Shown: piece after piece, positions 13,588 to 26,068 of the stretch | Layout of the letters: each line of letters opens with the position of its first letter | Position numbering within the stretch: position 1 is the stretch's first letter | DNA from: Nageia nagi | Lineage: Eukaryota > Plantae > Pinophyta | NCBI GenBank assembly: GCA_050084985.1 | Contig: JBITNC010000002.1 | Span: 3,100,001 to 3,164,000 of the forward strand | Direction of reading: 5' to 3' | Length of the DNA: 64,000 nucleotides | The notes under the pieces: model-generated | Told to the model about the DNA's origin: nothing | Seen by the model: only the letters and a program-made list of their open reading frames with translations | Databases searched by the model: none | Made by a program: the position numbers and the translations under genes

Positions 13588-13948
13588 CTTCAAACAATAG
13601 AAACAATTTTAGTACTTCCTTCAAAGGGCTACTTTCTCCACAACAGAAACAATTATTCCAATTTACAAATTGTCAACCAATTTCATGAAGAAAAAAAATC
13701 ACACTCTAAATCAAAGCAGGCTACAAGTAGATTTTTTTACTAGGCCCGTCTTCACGCTACAAACATTTATTCCAAACCTATCACCTCCTATCCAAAATCA
13801 ATAACAAAAAGATAAAATGTTGTCCACAATCTAAACAGTTACACCCGGTCCTAAGGCAGCCTACTCAACAATATCGACAAACCAAAAACATGTTTGTCTA
13901 AAGTAAAGCCGGATCTACAGGATACAATTAGATTTGTCCAAGGCCTAC

Positions 13949-14108
13949 CTTCTCCACAGCCAAGTTTAGCTCCTTTGTACTGAGTGTGATAACGAAGATA
14001 ATTAAGCAGTGTAGTTGATGGGTTTATCTGACGTGCATCGAGTTCTTGTTTCTGCCCATTCAGAGTAAAAACCAGAGAGTGATTTCCTGTAGCATTAGCT
14101 GAATCCAT
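13949..14108 (-). CDS. AAO: Aldehyde oxidase exon 1
   Basis: ATG at 14108; MDSANATGNHSLVFTLNGQKQEL...PSTTLLNYLRYHTQYKGAKLGCGE plus 1 nt. A phase-1 GT-AG intron at 13588-13948 (361 bp) restores CGEGGCGAC. Confidence 0.92.
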
Positions 14109-14261
14109 TGTATGAATGTTCAATTTTCAGTAAGTGTAATCTAGTACTGCCATTCATCTAAATTCTGAATAAGACTGTCAAAGTTTTGTGGATGGAGAAA
14201 TTTTTGTAAGATATTGGTGGCAATGTCGAAGTGCTGATAAAGTGGTATGGCCCGTTTCCCA

Positions 14262-14316
14262 CCACGTCATGACGCCATGGACACGTGCTGTGGAATTCGG
14301 CTTCAGAAGGACGTGG
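14262..14316. promoter_or_regulatory. Cluster of ACGT-core (ABRE/G-box/bZIP-type) motifs upstream of AAO
   Basis: CCACGTCA (14262), CACGTG (14282) and ACGTGG (14311) lie 150-210 bp upstream of the ATG in a CpG-retaining island. Function is inferred. Confidence 0.55.
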
Positions 14317-14526
14317 GCTTGAATCGGTGGAGTTCGATGAATCGTTGAAACAGCCGTTTTTAAATTTGGCATGGATTAAATAATTTCATCCCTGCAAAGA
14401 TAGTCAAGATAACGTGATGCATTGAAAAGACAAAAATAAGTTTTTGTGAAGTTGCAGGTATAGGATTCCATCAAATATGTCATCCTGCTCGTCATTGTGG
14501 GGAGAGAATGATCCGATCGTTGAATC

Positions 14527-14638
14527 TTCAACGCATGAAGGGGATAAGAGAATGAAAATTAATATTCAACGCATGAAGGGGATAAGAGAATGAAAATTAA
14601 TATTCAACGCATGAAGGGGATAAGAGAATGAAAATTAA
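14527..14638. repeat. 38-bp tandem repeat x3 in the AAO upstream region
   Basis: TTCAACGCATGAAGGGGATAAGAGAATGAAAATTAATA at 14527, 14565 and 14603; only 2 copies in the duplicate (17082-17155). Confidence 0.95.
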
Positions 14639-15279
14639 GTGCGTGGTTGATCATCGTACTTCGTAGTAAACGATCTCAAATCGCACGATGCTCAAAGAAA
14701 ACTTTTAAGAATTTTCTTTTTAGAAGAAAAAGGTAATTTAATTAATAAAAAGTTTTTACAAATAAAAGAAAGTTTGTGGTTAGTTGAAGGTACATTTAAA
14801 AAATATTTATTAGGTAAAAATGTAAACATAAAATATTAAAATATCAAATTATTGTGTTAGAAAAGAATAAACATTAATTCTTTGTAATTATGCATTGTTA
14901 TTCATTAGTAGGATGGGATGCAGGTGCCAACTCTTATTAGTTTGGAAGGGACTATCTTCTTTGTTCTTCGCGTCTCTCCATCTGATAACTTGTTGGAAAA
15001 GAGACGAAATTTGAGACCATCCCCATTGTATTAGGAAAGTATTGTACTGATAATATATTCCAACATCCAACTGCTCCATCGGATCTATTGGGAGGATGAG
15101 AGGAATTCGCCCGTATCATTATATTGTCTCCTTGAGAAGATGCCTAAACCTAATTATGGGTAACTCATTTCAATACAAATGAGATAGAGGATGCCAACAT
15201 GAATGGGAGCACGATCGATCCTGTGAAAAGCTACTAGGAGACAATCTGCCAACTGCATAGGGAGCATTACCCCAATATA

Positions 15280-16663
15280 CTACAAAAGAGTGGGGAGATG
15301 TGAGAGCTCAAGATGAATCCCAGAGTCCATTCTTTTAATTATCTGTAGCTCTGGGATGTTGCTAATATCAATGAAAAGTGTAGGTCTCGTATCTTTGTAG
15401 ACTCCAGCACTTGGGTTACATACAACCAGCTTAAGCTCAACATCTTCTTGACCAACCACTCCTACTCTTAAAGTTCCCAAAACCTCCTCTAAGCTGGATG
15501 GCCTTATCCACACGCGTTCTTCTCCATCAAACTCATCTTTGTAAACAATCTTGAAAGTAGGTCTTCTTGATACTTCACCGTTTGGGCCACACAATTGGGT
15601 ACTTGCACAATCTCTGCTCATGAGAAAATCTGGGAATGTAGAGATAGCATCTGGATAGTATTCAGGCAACTTTTTGGAGTCGGGGAGTTCATCTTTTCTC
15701 CAAAAGGAATTGAAACCCAAGTCCTCCAAATCAACGTCGCCTGCAAAACTCTTACAAACATCAGCAAGGGGTCTGTACTCAGTACACCTGCACAAATTGC
15801 CTGCAATGGCTTTCTCTGCATCCAATACAGAAAGACCCGAACATCCAATTTTGATATCATTTTTCCCATGTTTTTCCTTGGCTTCAGCCCTAGCAAGAGC
15901 AGCATAAAGTGACATACACATTCCTGGGGTGCAATACCCACACTGTGACGCATGGAAGCCTGCAATCCTCTTATGAATCGCATGAAACCCATCTCTGTAA
16001 TTCCCAAGTCCCTCTGTGGTTGTGATAGAACATCCATCTATGGAACCCAACAATGTCAAGCAAGAACTTACTGAGAATTCCTCTATCTCCTTTGTTTTAG
16101 TGTTGTACTTAGATAACAGCACCACACAAGCCCCACAACCACCTTCAAACAATAGAAACAATTTTAGTACTTCCTTCAAAGGGCTACTTTCTCCACAACA
16201 GAAACAATTATTCCAATTTACAAATTGTCAACCAATTTCATGAAGAAAAAAAATCACACTCTAAATCAAAGCAGGCTACAAGTAGATTTTTTTACTAGGC
16301 CCGTCTTCACGCTACAAACATTTATTCCAAACCTATCACCTCCTATCCAAAATCAATAACAAAAAGATAAAATGTTGTCCACAATCTAAACAGTTACACC
16401 CGGTCCTAAGGCAGCCTACTCAACAATATCGACAAACCAAAAACATGTTTGTCTAAAGTAAAGCCGGATCTACAGGATACAATTAGATTTGTCCAAGGCC
16501 TACCTTCTCCACAGCCAAGTTTAGCTCCTTTGTACTGAGTGTGATAACGAAGATAATTAAGCAGTGTAGTTGATGGGTTTATCTGACGTGCATCGAGTTC
16601 TTGTTTCTGCCCATTCAGAGTAAAAACCAGAGAGTGATTTCCTGTAGCATTAGCTGAATCCAT
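15280..16663 (-). pseudogene. AAO: Truncated duplicate of aldehyde oxidase (exon 1 16504-16663, partial exon 2 16142-15316, stop at 15280 in LINE-derived sequence)
   Basis: Same splice sites; spliced frame is 340 aa ending ...MDSGIHLELSHLPTLL*. CRCTGY has become CRCTEY. Most of the FAD domain and all Moco domains are missing. Confidence 0.88.
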
Positions 16664-17229
16664 TGTATGAATGTTCAATTTTCAGTAAGTGTAATCTAGT
16701 ACTGCCATTCATCTAAATTCTGAATAAGACTGTCAAAGTTTTGTGGATGGAGAAATTTTTGTAAGATATTGGTGGCAATGTCGAAGTGCTGATAAAGTGG
16801 TATGGCCCGTTTCCCACCACGTCAAGACGCCATGGACATGTGCTGTGGAATTCGGCTTCACAAGGACGTGGGCTTGAATCGGTGGAGTTCGATGAATCGT
16901 TGAAACAGCCGTTTTTCAATTTGGCATGGATTAAATAATTTCATCACTGCAAAGATAGTCAAGATAACGTGATGCATTTAAAAGACAAAAATAAGTTTTG
17001 GTGAAGTTGCAGGTATAGGATTCCATCAAATATGTCATCCTGCTCGTCATTGTGGGGACAGAATGATCCGAGCGTTGAATCTTCAACGCATGAAGGGGAT
17101 AAGAGAATGAAAATTAATATTCAACGCATGAAGGGGATAAGAGAATGAAAATTAAGTGCGTGGTTGATCATCGTACTTCGTAGTAAACGATCTCAAATCG
17201 CACGATGCTCAAAGAAAACTTTTAAGAAT

Positions 17230-20200
17230 TTTCTTTTTAGAAGAAAAAGGTAATTTAATTAATAAAAAGTTTTATCAAATAAAAGAGAAAGTTTGTGGTT
17301 AGTTGAAGGTATATTTAAAAAAATATTTATTAGGTAAAAATTATCAAATTAACTTTAGAGAAGGGTTAAGAGTCGTAAATACAAAATATTAAAATATCAA
17401 ATTGTTGTGTTAGAAAAGAATAAACATTAATTCACATCATGTGAGGAGTCTATAACCATGCATTGCCATTCATTAAAAGGGATGGGATGCAAGTCCCAAC
17501 TCTTATTAGCTTGGAAGGGACTATCTTCTTTGTTCTTCGTGTCTCCTCATCCGATAACCTGTTGGGAAGGAGACAAAAGTTGAGACCATCCCCATTGTGT
17601 TAGGAAAGTAGTGTACTGATGATATATTCCAACATGTAATTGGTCCATTAGGAGGTGGTGTAGCCTATCTATTAGGAGGACGAGAGGAACTTGCCCTTGT
17701 ATCAACATATTGTCTCTTTGGAGAAGATGCCTGAGCCCAAGTGTGGGTAGCTCATTTCAATCGCGAATGAGATAGAGGATGCCAACATGAGTGGGAGCAT
17801 GATCGATCATGTGAAGAGCTACTAGGAGACAACCTACTAACTACATAGGGAGCATTGCCCCAATACTACAAGAGAGTGCGGAGGTGTGAGAGCTCAAGAT
17901 CAACCTTATGTGCTTAATCCATAATATGTAGCCAGACATTAAAGAAAATCTCTATTTTGTTAGATAAAGCAAATTCTATGGACAAAGTAGCATTTTGAAA
18001 GATAATTTTATTCCTAGACTTCCATATATGAAAAAGCAAAGTTGTACGAAAAATTTGCCACACAACTCGTAAGGGTAAAGTAAGGGTGAAAGAATCCCCC
18101 AAAAGGGCATGATGCTAAGAAACATAATAGGCATGTAGGGAGCAAAAAAGGAAGACACCTACTCCCATGTAGACATAGACCTTTTGCACAACCAAAAATT
18201 ATGCATACATGACTCAAGTTCATTATAGAAAGCACAACGAGGGTCAGGAAATCCTAAATACTTAAGTTAAGTGCTTAATGAGAGACCCTAATTCATAAGG
18301 CTCCAAACAAAAATAAAAAAAGATTTTTTGGCTCAAGATAAGAGGTTTGCATTATTGCAAAGTGTTGTTTCCAACGAGTATGTCTGGAAACAAGATCTCA
18401 TTTCTCATTTAGCCATGGCACTGTAGGTGATATTGGGGAAAGCTAATTGTAGCCAAAAGACACTTTGTAATTGAGTAAGGAGGTATCAACATGCCATTGT
18501 AATGTCCCCAATTTGGGACATTTAGATGCCATCCCTCATACCTCTTCATTGTGATTTTTAGTACTTAGATTAGGAATACTTTCTTTGTCAATATTTGTGC
18601 TTTAAAGGTAAGTGCCCAAATAAGGGTAATATGTAATTTGTTTTGGCTAAGTCAAGGGGGCCACTTTAATGTATTTAACCCCTCACACCTAGTCAACCAA
18701 CTCAAGGAGATATTGGGCCACTTAATAATATTTTATATCGTCCTACTTGGTCAACCAACTTGAGGAAAGTTATGATGTGGTTTGAGATTATATAAAGGCA
18801 AGTTAGAGCATCACTTGAAAGATCACCTTGTGAATTCGATCTTGGATCATTCAGAGCTTAAGGATTCTTCCCTTCTCTACCTTCTGGGGCTTAGGGCTAC
18901 TCCCTAGCCTAGAAATGGCTCATCTACACTTCTACATCTCTTGGAGAGATTGCACCTACCATTCTTGCCACTTGGGAGCTTGCGCCAACCATTAGGAGCC
19001 ATCTTGAAACTTACGCTAAGCTTGTGAGACTTCTTGGGACTTGTGCCATCCTTGTGGAGTGTAGTTTGAGCATTTTGAAGTCTTGGGCTTTGCTCTAGAA
19101 CTTGTTACAGGCTTGTTATATACTTACACTTATTCTTGGTTGATTATTAATGATATTAGCTCTCATATTGCATCTCTAATATGAATGAATATTCCTATAT
19201 ATTTATGCTATGCTACTATATTCATTATGCATGGGAATGTATGTGAATTAGCATGTTTTGGAGCTATAATGGTGCACTTAATATTAGATTTGGCTACTAT
19301 TGTTATATTCCAATTTGAGTGCATGTTTTGGATGGTTAATGAACATGTTCATTGATTCCCTAATTTGTGAATGAATGGGGAATTGAATTCTTAATTGGTT
19401 AAACAAGATATAATCCTTCATAAGGTTTTTAAGAATGCACGCCCATTTTATGAACAATAGAATAAGGTGTAAGCTCTAGAACAATGTCGTAAGTAGCCTT
19501 GTTAGATGGATTCAAGAGAAAAATATGCTTGAATTTATCCCAAGGGATCTAGTTCCTAGTATGCATGTTAAAGAAGTCAACAATGGTAGCAATGCCTCTC
19601 TTAAAGAACTTACAAGCATGGACCCCTTGAACTTGGACAAGAGGCATGCCCTGATAGTGAAAAAGAGAGGACCATCAAACATTGAGCTTGTTAATAGAAA
19701 GGCCTTTGTGGAAATCATTCTCTTTCCATTTAATCTAGGGCACCAACTGCTACTAAGCTTTTCAAATGCTCTTTAATACAAATAAGCCTAGAATTTTAGC
19801 AAACATCAGAGACATAATAAGGGAAGGGAAAGCCATACCCTTCCAAGCTTTTATGTTTAAAGGAAACCCAACAGAAATAAAATGTCAAATTAAAATTTTC
19901 CATGCTTATAAACCTTTAAGGGATCAAATAATCCATTTGGCACAAAGATCCATCCTCTATCGCATGTGATCTAATAGGCCCATGCCACCCAACTCCCTAG
20001 GGAGGCAACAAGTATGTCAGGCAACTTGATGAAATATTTTTTTCTCAGTGTTACTGTTCCATAGGAAGTCTCATAGAAGTTTTTCTAGTTTGTTGTAACA
20101 AGCTTGCGATGGAACCTAATAAGAAGAATAACATACATGGGTGGAGGCAAGAACTTTAGAATAGATATGAAAATTTCCATCCAAGGAAACTTTCTTAGAA

Positions 20201-21960
20201 TTTTAGTAGTCTAGCTTTTTCCTACCTTGCTTATCACATAATTCCACAATTGGGAGGGTGACCCATGAAATGCAAAAAAAAATTCAAGGAATTTGAAAAC
20301 TTCTCCAGGGAGAATCCAATTCCATTGGAATTGAGAAATCCATATTGACATGGTCAAGGGAGATTGCCTATAACAAAAGGTCTTCTTCTATTGGATGTTA
20401 GAGTTGGAAGCTTTATAAAATGTTTTGATGCAATCAATTGCCTTAGAGACAAATTGCTCATCTTCTTGAATGGTTAGAAATTAATCATCTACAAAATGAC
20501 TATTGATGAGTTGCCTTTGGTTATTGGGCAAAATAATCACTTAGATTTTGTCGTCAAAGGAATGTCTAGCTAGGAGGTAACCAAATGCTTCTGCTACTAA
20601 CACATAGAGTGAGGGTGTTAAAGGAAAAACTTGTCTGCATGAGCGATGAAGCCCAATAACTTTTGTTTGAATGTTGTTCAAGGAAAGAACCATAGAAGCA
20701 TCTTGAAAGATCATTCAAACTATGCAAACAAACTAGGGACCAAACCCCATGGCCTCCAACATAGAAAGAATGAACACCCATTCGATCTACTCATGATTTC
20801 TCAAAATCTAGCTTAATGAAGATAGTACGTTGATAAGAGGATTGAACCCATTCTATGCCTTCCCATACTGTTATTACATTATCCATCATGTAACAATGTT
20901 AGGAAGGATGTGTCAAAGGCATAAGGTGAGTGCTTTGGCAATAATCTTATAACTAACATTCAAAAGAGTGATAGGCTGCCAATTGGTAATCAACTCAGGA
21001 TCCCCTTGTTTAGGGATGAACTTGATGTTACCTTTGTTGATGATAGAACCTAGAGAGCCTATGTGTAAGGTTTCGAGGTATACCTTGTGTAAATTTGGAC
21101 CAATAAACTCCTAATAGAATTTGTAAAATTTACAGGGGAAGCCTTCTTTTCTAAGGGCTTTGCCATCCTCCATATCAGAGAGGGCTTTCTCCATCTCTTT
21201 AAGTGAAGATTTTGTCGAATACAGTTTGAAGAAAAGGTGAGAGATGAGATGGCACCACATATTTGCAATATTGTAATACTCGACCTCTATCTCAGGTGTA
21301 TGGTTAAGCTGTAAAAACTTACGTATAGTGACAAGTAAAAGAGTTGGTTATCTTAGGAAGAGACATCAACCAAATTCCATCATCATATAAGGATTTGAAT
21401 TGGGTAGATTTCCTCAGAGATCTTAACCTATGAAATAATTTTTTGGAGTCTTTGTTCCCAATATTAAGCCAATGCAATTAAGCCTTAATTTGAACTCCTT
21501 TGGCTTTGTATAACTCCACCAACTTGAGCTCATATTTGATTTGTGCAACATGGGTTTGTAAGTAAGAACTAAAAGGATTGGATTCTAACAAAAAAAAAAT
21601 CTTTAGCGATCTCATATCGAAGAGCTAAAGTGGAGTGATCATGAAATTGCATAACTTTCTTACCAAACCTACGTAGAAGGGCAAACATCATCATTCCACC
21701 ATGCAATCCATCTCATCTCACTTGAAGGTCTAGGGACCAAATTTTACACATAGTGAATGTGATAGAGCATAACATCACTATGGAGGAAGGAAGTGCTAAG
21801 AAAGAATTGGGATATATAGTGTTATTATGGAAGAGAAGTAATCTCGACTTTGAAAGTGATGGGGGAATGATCAGAGGAGATGAGGCCTAAAATAATACCC
21901 ACAAAGGGATCAAAAGTCAATCGTCGAGAGGAGAATTCTTGATGATCAGAAAGCATTGCA
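17230..21960 (-). mobile_element. Decayed L1-type LINE ORF2 (endonuclease end, RT, C-terminal region)
   Basis: Minus-strand motifs SDHSPI (~21860), INKGNIKFIPKQGDPELITNWQPITLLNVSYKIIAK (~20940-21045), IKLDFEKS (~20800) and LINSHFVDD (~20490), with many stops. Its 3' part is duplicated at ~14710-15315. Confidence 0.85.
18498..19398 (+). mobile_element. LTR-like insertion (truncated gypsy-type LTR) interrupting the LINE
   Basis: Starts TGTAATGTCCCC; TATATAAAGG at ~18789; LINE-like coding sequence resumes on both sides. No terminal CA or TSD found. Confidence 0.5.
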
Positions 21961-22223
21961 CAGTCAAAGCATTTGAGTACTCTCTCATGGAAAACTTGGG
22001 GAAATTTCATTGCTCCCCTCCATTTTACAATGAAGATCACAATATATTCATGAAATTATTTGGTTAAACACAATTTGAAAAAAACTCGGTTGCATATTTA
22101 CAACTCTAATATTCATAATGGCTTCACGAATATGCAAACATGGAAAATATTGGTAAAGGATTCATAAAGCTATTCAAGAAGATTAATTTCATGAATATAC
22201 AAAAATAAATTTTTTAAAATAAC

Positions 22224-22787
22224 TCAGTTGCCTATTTGCAAAACTAATATATCATTTTTTAAATTAATTTTGCCAATATGATTTGCTAACAACTTCTCAT
22301 CCCCTAACTCATTCTCCATTTCCATAATTAAATTAGTGAGGAATTCCCTTAAATTTAAAACATTCACAATTTGTTCCACCTTAAACCCTATTTTATTGAC
22401 CTTTTTGGTGATAACGTCAATCTCCCTCCGCCTTTCATTAATCCATGTTTCCAAATCATCTTCCTATTCTGAAAACCATTCATATATGTTGACAATATCC
22501 TTGATAGTGGTCATTAAGCCATCATATTTATGTACGGGTGAATCTCTTATTTCAAAATAATGTTCACAAACTTGCATATAGGAGCTTCCAAATGTTCTAC
22601 ATTTCTCTTTTTATTTTCTAAATCTATTTTGTAAATTTGTCATACAATATGTAACTTCTCCAAAATCTACAAAGAAATCTACCAAATGAGGTAATTTACA
22701 ATCGAATTTCCTTAATGCCATATCCTTAGCCTGCCTTAGGGCTACTTGGCACGAAGAGGTAGCCAAATTCTCAACAATTAACCTCAT
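22224..22787 (-). pseudogene. Unidentified decayed ORF of ~187 codons with two in-frame stops
   Basis: ATG at 22787 (MRLIVENLATSSCQVALRQAKDMALRKFDCKLPHLVDFF...) is in frame with ORF 22224-22454, interrupted only by one TAA and one TAG. Confidence 0.45.
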
Positions 22788-23807
22788 TTTGGCTTCCTTT
22801 CCATTACAATATATTGAAAATAGTTCAAAGGATTTAATAAAAAATAACCTTGCATGATATACTTAGTAGTTATCATGCAATTGACTCCCTAAAATATCTA
22901 CCTAAAGATAAAGAGCCTTTTATTTTACCACAATATTGTAGTCATATTTTTCTATCTAGGTGTATTGGATGAGAAAATATGGTTTTTAATTAATTGTGAT
23001 CCTAGATGAAAGCATATTGTACATCCTACTGATGATGAAGGCGATAATAAAAATTAAATGATTAATAAAGTGAAATTGAAACATTTCATATTTTGATTTA
23101 TATTTTTATGGATGTTATGTATTTGATTACATATGCATTTTAAATGCTTATCTTTAATTAATGAAGCTTTTTGGAAAGCGGATCTAAGCACCTAAGATTA
23201 ATTGAAGTGGTTTTTCAGTTAAAATTAGCATCATAATTAATATCATGAAATTGAAGAAAAATTCACTAATTATGTCATGCTAAACATTAAAATATCAAAT
23301 AAAATGGCATTAGATTTAACATTAAAATTTGCATCAAGAAATGGAGCATACAAAGAATAAACCCTGCATTGATGTATGTTGATGTTAATGGTATCATAAA
23401 TTATTTTTTTGCATGTTATAACATGCACATTGATGTTAGACACGCTTTTTGTAGTAGTGATATAAGCCCTATTGGAAATCTACTAATTTGGTGCATGCTT
23501 TGTGGATGTTGGGAAAGATTACTCGAACTCTTGCTATTTATTGTATTTTTGAAATAATATCGATGTCTTTTAAGGAAAGCCATGTATTTCATAATTTAAA
23601 ATTATCATATTCCATAAGAAGATGTCTTATTATTCTTCAATGGATGTTAAAGTCCTTTTCGAGAGACATTGAGCTAGTACATATTAGAAGGAAACTTGTA
23701 AAGATGAAATCATTGATTTGGACACCACTCTAATTTTATTTCATTTGGTGAAATAAATTCAATGCTTTCTTAAACAACCCTTATTTTTTATAAGTTGCAA
23801 TCGTGAA

Positions 23808-24205
23808 ATTATAAGAAAATACATCTCTCTCAATCATTCTGTTGAAAATACCATAAGCATCAACAAGATTATTGCATTCAACATACATATGGATAAAGAT
23901 ATTGTGTAAAAATATGTCTACCTTAAATCTCAACTTATTTCAATTAATAATAATATGCTTATCATGGTATAAGGTTTTCCTTTAAATGCAACACTATACA
24001 ATTGAGACATAATGTACAACCTCATTAATACAAACATGTTTATAGAGTGCAATGATGATGGTGGGAATGTGGTCTTAAACCAATTAATTGTATTTTCTAA
24101 AAATGGTTGAGGGCCTCCACACCTTACCCATTCTATGTACATCCATCCAAAACCATTGTGTGCATATCTTGCAATCATTGTAGTCTATGAGATGGTATCT
24201 CTATG
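23808..24205 (-). pseudogene. Two isolated PLS-class PPR motif fragments
   Basis: Minus-strand NIFIHMYVECNNLVDAYGIFNRMIERDVFSYN (~23808-23905) and RDTIS*TTMIARYAHNGFG (~24145-24202). Confidence 0.7.
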
Positions 24206-24439
24206 TTGCATTATAGTTTTTTAATCAATAAAAATAAAAAGATGGTTGTTTAAAACCAAGGAAAATTTTAAGGATAGGACCTATTTTTTTTATATAAATT
24301 CCAAGGTAATATCTATAAAAAAAACTATCAAAAATAGGGCAATACATGAAAAAACATGTTAATTTTTATGGTTATAAAATTTTACAATTCTCAAAAAATT
24401 TCAAAATAAGGTGAATTTTTGTAATGGCAATCAAAGTTA

Positions 24440-24845
24440 CATCGATAAAATGGCATACAAAATTCGATGTGATGACAAATAAAATTCGACAAATCGTCGA
24501 ATAAAATTTGGCATGTCGTTGAAGTAAACTTGGTGTATTATCGAATATGGGGGAAACCTTGGAGTTGGCATGATAACGAAGAAACCCTACTGTAACGATG
24601 AAGAAATCTTATAATACTAGAAACACAACCTTGATGTGATAGTGAAGAAATCCTAACATGATGATGAAGAAATCTTGTTGTGTCAACAAAGCAACCACAA
24701 CATGCCAATGAAGCAACCTAACATGCTGATGAAATAACCTCGATGTGTTAACGAAGTAAATCAGACATGCAAATGAAGCAAGCTCGACATGCTGATGAAG
24801 GAAATTTGGTGTACTGATGAAGAAACCCTAATATGCCGATGAAAT
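24440..24845. repeat. Degenerate ~21-22-bp minisatellite
   Basis: Recurring units like TGATGAAGAAACCCTAACATGC, roughly 18 copies. Confidence 0.75.
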
Positions 24846-26068
24846 AGCAATGTGTTTCATCAAGATGATAGTAGAGGTTGGCCTTTGCATCCAACTCTAA
24901 GATAGGAAAAATATCATTGTGACATCAAAACAACTGAAATTATACGTAACAACATACAATATGAGACAAATCCCAAATATGCAAGATGATATTCACATAT
25001 GAAATTATATAGAATAATATACAATCTTCAAATCCCATTCCATAAATTTGAAAGATGATATTCACAAATCAATTACTATTTTTTCATTAACTTGGTAACT
25101 TCTTTACTACAGGATATTCGTAACAGATATCGACTATTTCACCTTATAAACATTACATAATTCCCATAATTACTTTTTTGCTCTTCAAAAAGGCATTGAA
25201 AGTCACAAAATATGTGCAATAAAAAATAATTGTTTCATTAAAAGTCATCTGCAATTACTGAGAACCTAATAAGCTCCTAAAAACCCTAACAAAAACATAA
25301 TCCCTAAGAACAACTAAAAACCCTAACATGAGCTTATCACTTACAAAATAATCGATTAGATAAATATGAGATGTCCTACAAAGAGTTTGATCCTAATGAT
25401 GCTTGTAAGTGGCTCCACTAGCGTCAAACTCTACAATAATTTTAATTTCTAGCACCTTTGTCAGAAGTCCCCCTCCATGTTTAAAAACATTATGGTTTAG
25501 TTACCTGAATTTTTATCCCACCTGATAGCTAATTGCAAGAGATAGTTAAATCAATCTACTAAGATATCTATAGCCATGGTGATGATTCAGGAAATGCATA
25601 ATGCACAATAACAAGTATGGTACAAATTAGATTGAGTATCCATCAAAATAGCACTATCCCACATATTATCATAATACCACACAAGTAATATTAATGAGAC
25701 CTCCATTCCTTACCATACTTCCACATAAATCTTGGATCTTAGAAGTACAAACCATTATTATTAAAATAAATGTCTCATTATTATTATAAGATACCTTATC
25801 TTCATTATCACAAAATTTGATGGAATGAAAATCTTTATCTGATGGGACAACGAACCAAATTTGATGGAATGATAAAATATGCATGACAAGACAATGGTCA
25901 AATTTTGATAAGATGACAGTAAAGAAATTACGAAATGATACAAAAATTTGATAAAATGATAGTAAAAAGGGTAGGTAATAGGTATATATATGTAGGTAGG
26001 GCTATAATATTAGGTTAGATATTTTTTTCCAAATCTATATCGAGTAAAACCCTTTTCTAAATATAGAC

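Larger units (their letters stand above)
12767..17900. repeat. ~2.55-kb tandem duplication (unit 1 12767-15315, unit 2 15316-17900)
   Basis: Direct sequence match at offset 2549-2585. The junction GCTCAAGAT-G-AATCCC joins LINE-derived sequence to the middle of AAO exon 2. Confidence 0.95.

Noticed and set aside
11768-13624. 618-aa ORF taken as a complete single-exon gene
   Set aside because: Its first ~12 and last ~10 codons are intronic read-through (TTG start, flanking AG/GT sites); it is AAO exon 2.
11810-13688. Plus-strand and alternative-frame ORFs overlapping AAO (also 15595-16243)
   Set aside because: Shadow ORFs of a real coding exon with no independent motifs.
11803-14108. Xanthine dehydrogenase assignment
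   Set aside because: CVVLLSKY, FHASQCG, YRAAPRPLGNA and the single large exon 2 fit plant aldehyde oxidases. The specific paralogue or substrate cannot be called.
14527-14638. 38-bp direct repeats as a CRISPR array
   Set aside because: Head-to-tail tandem copies with no spacers.
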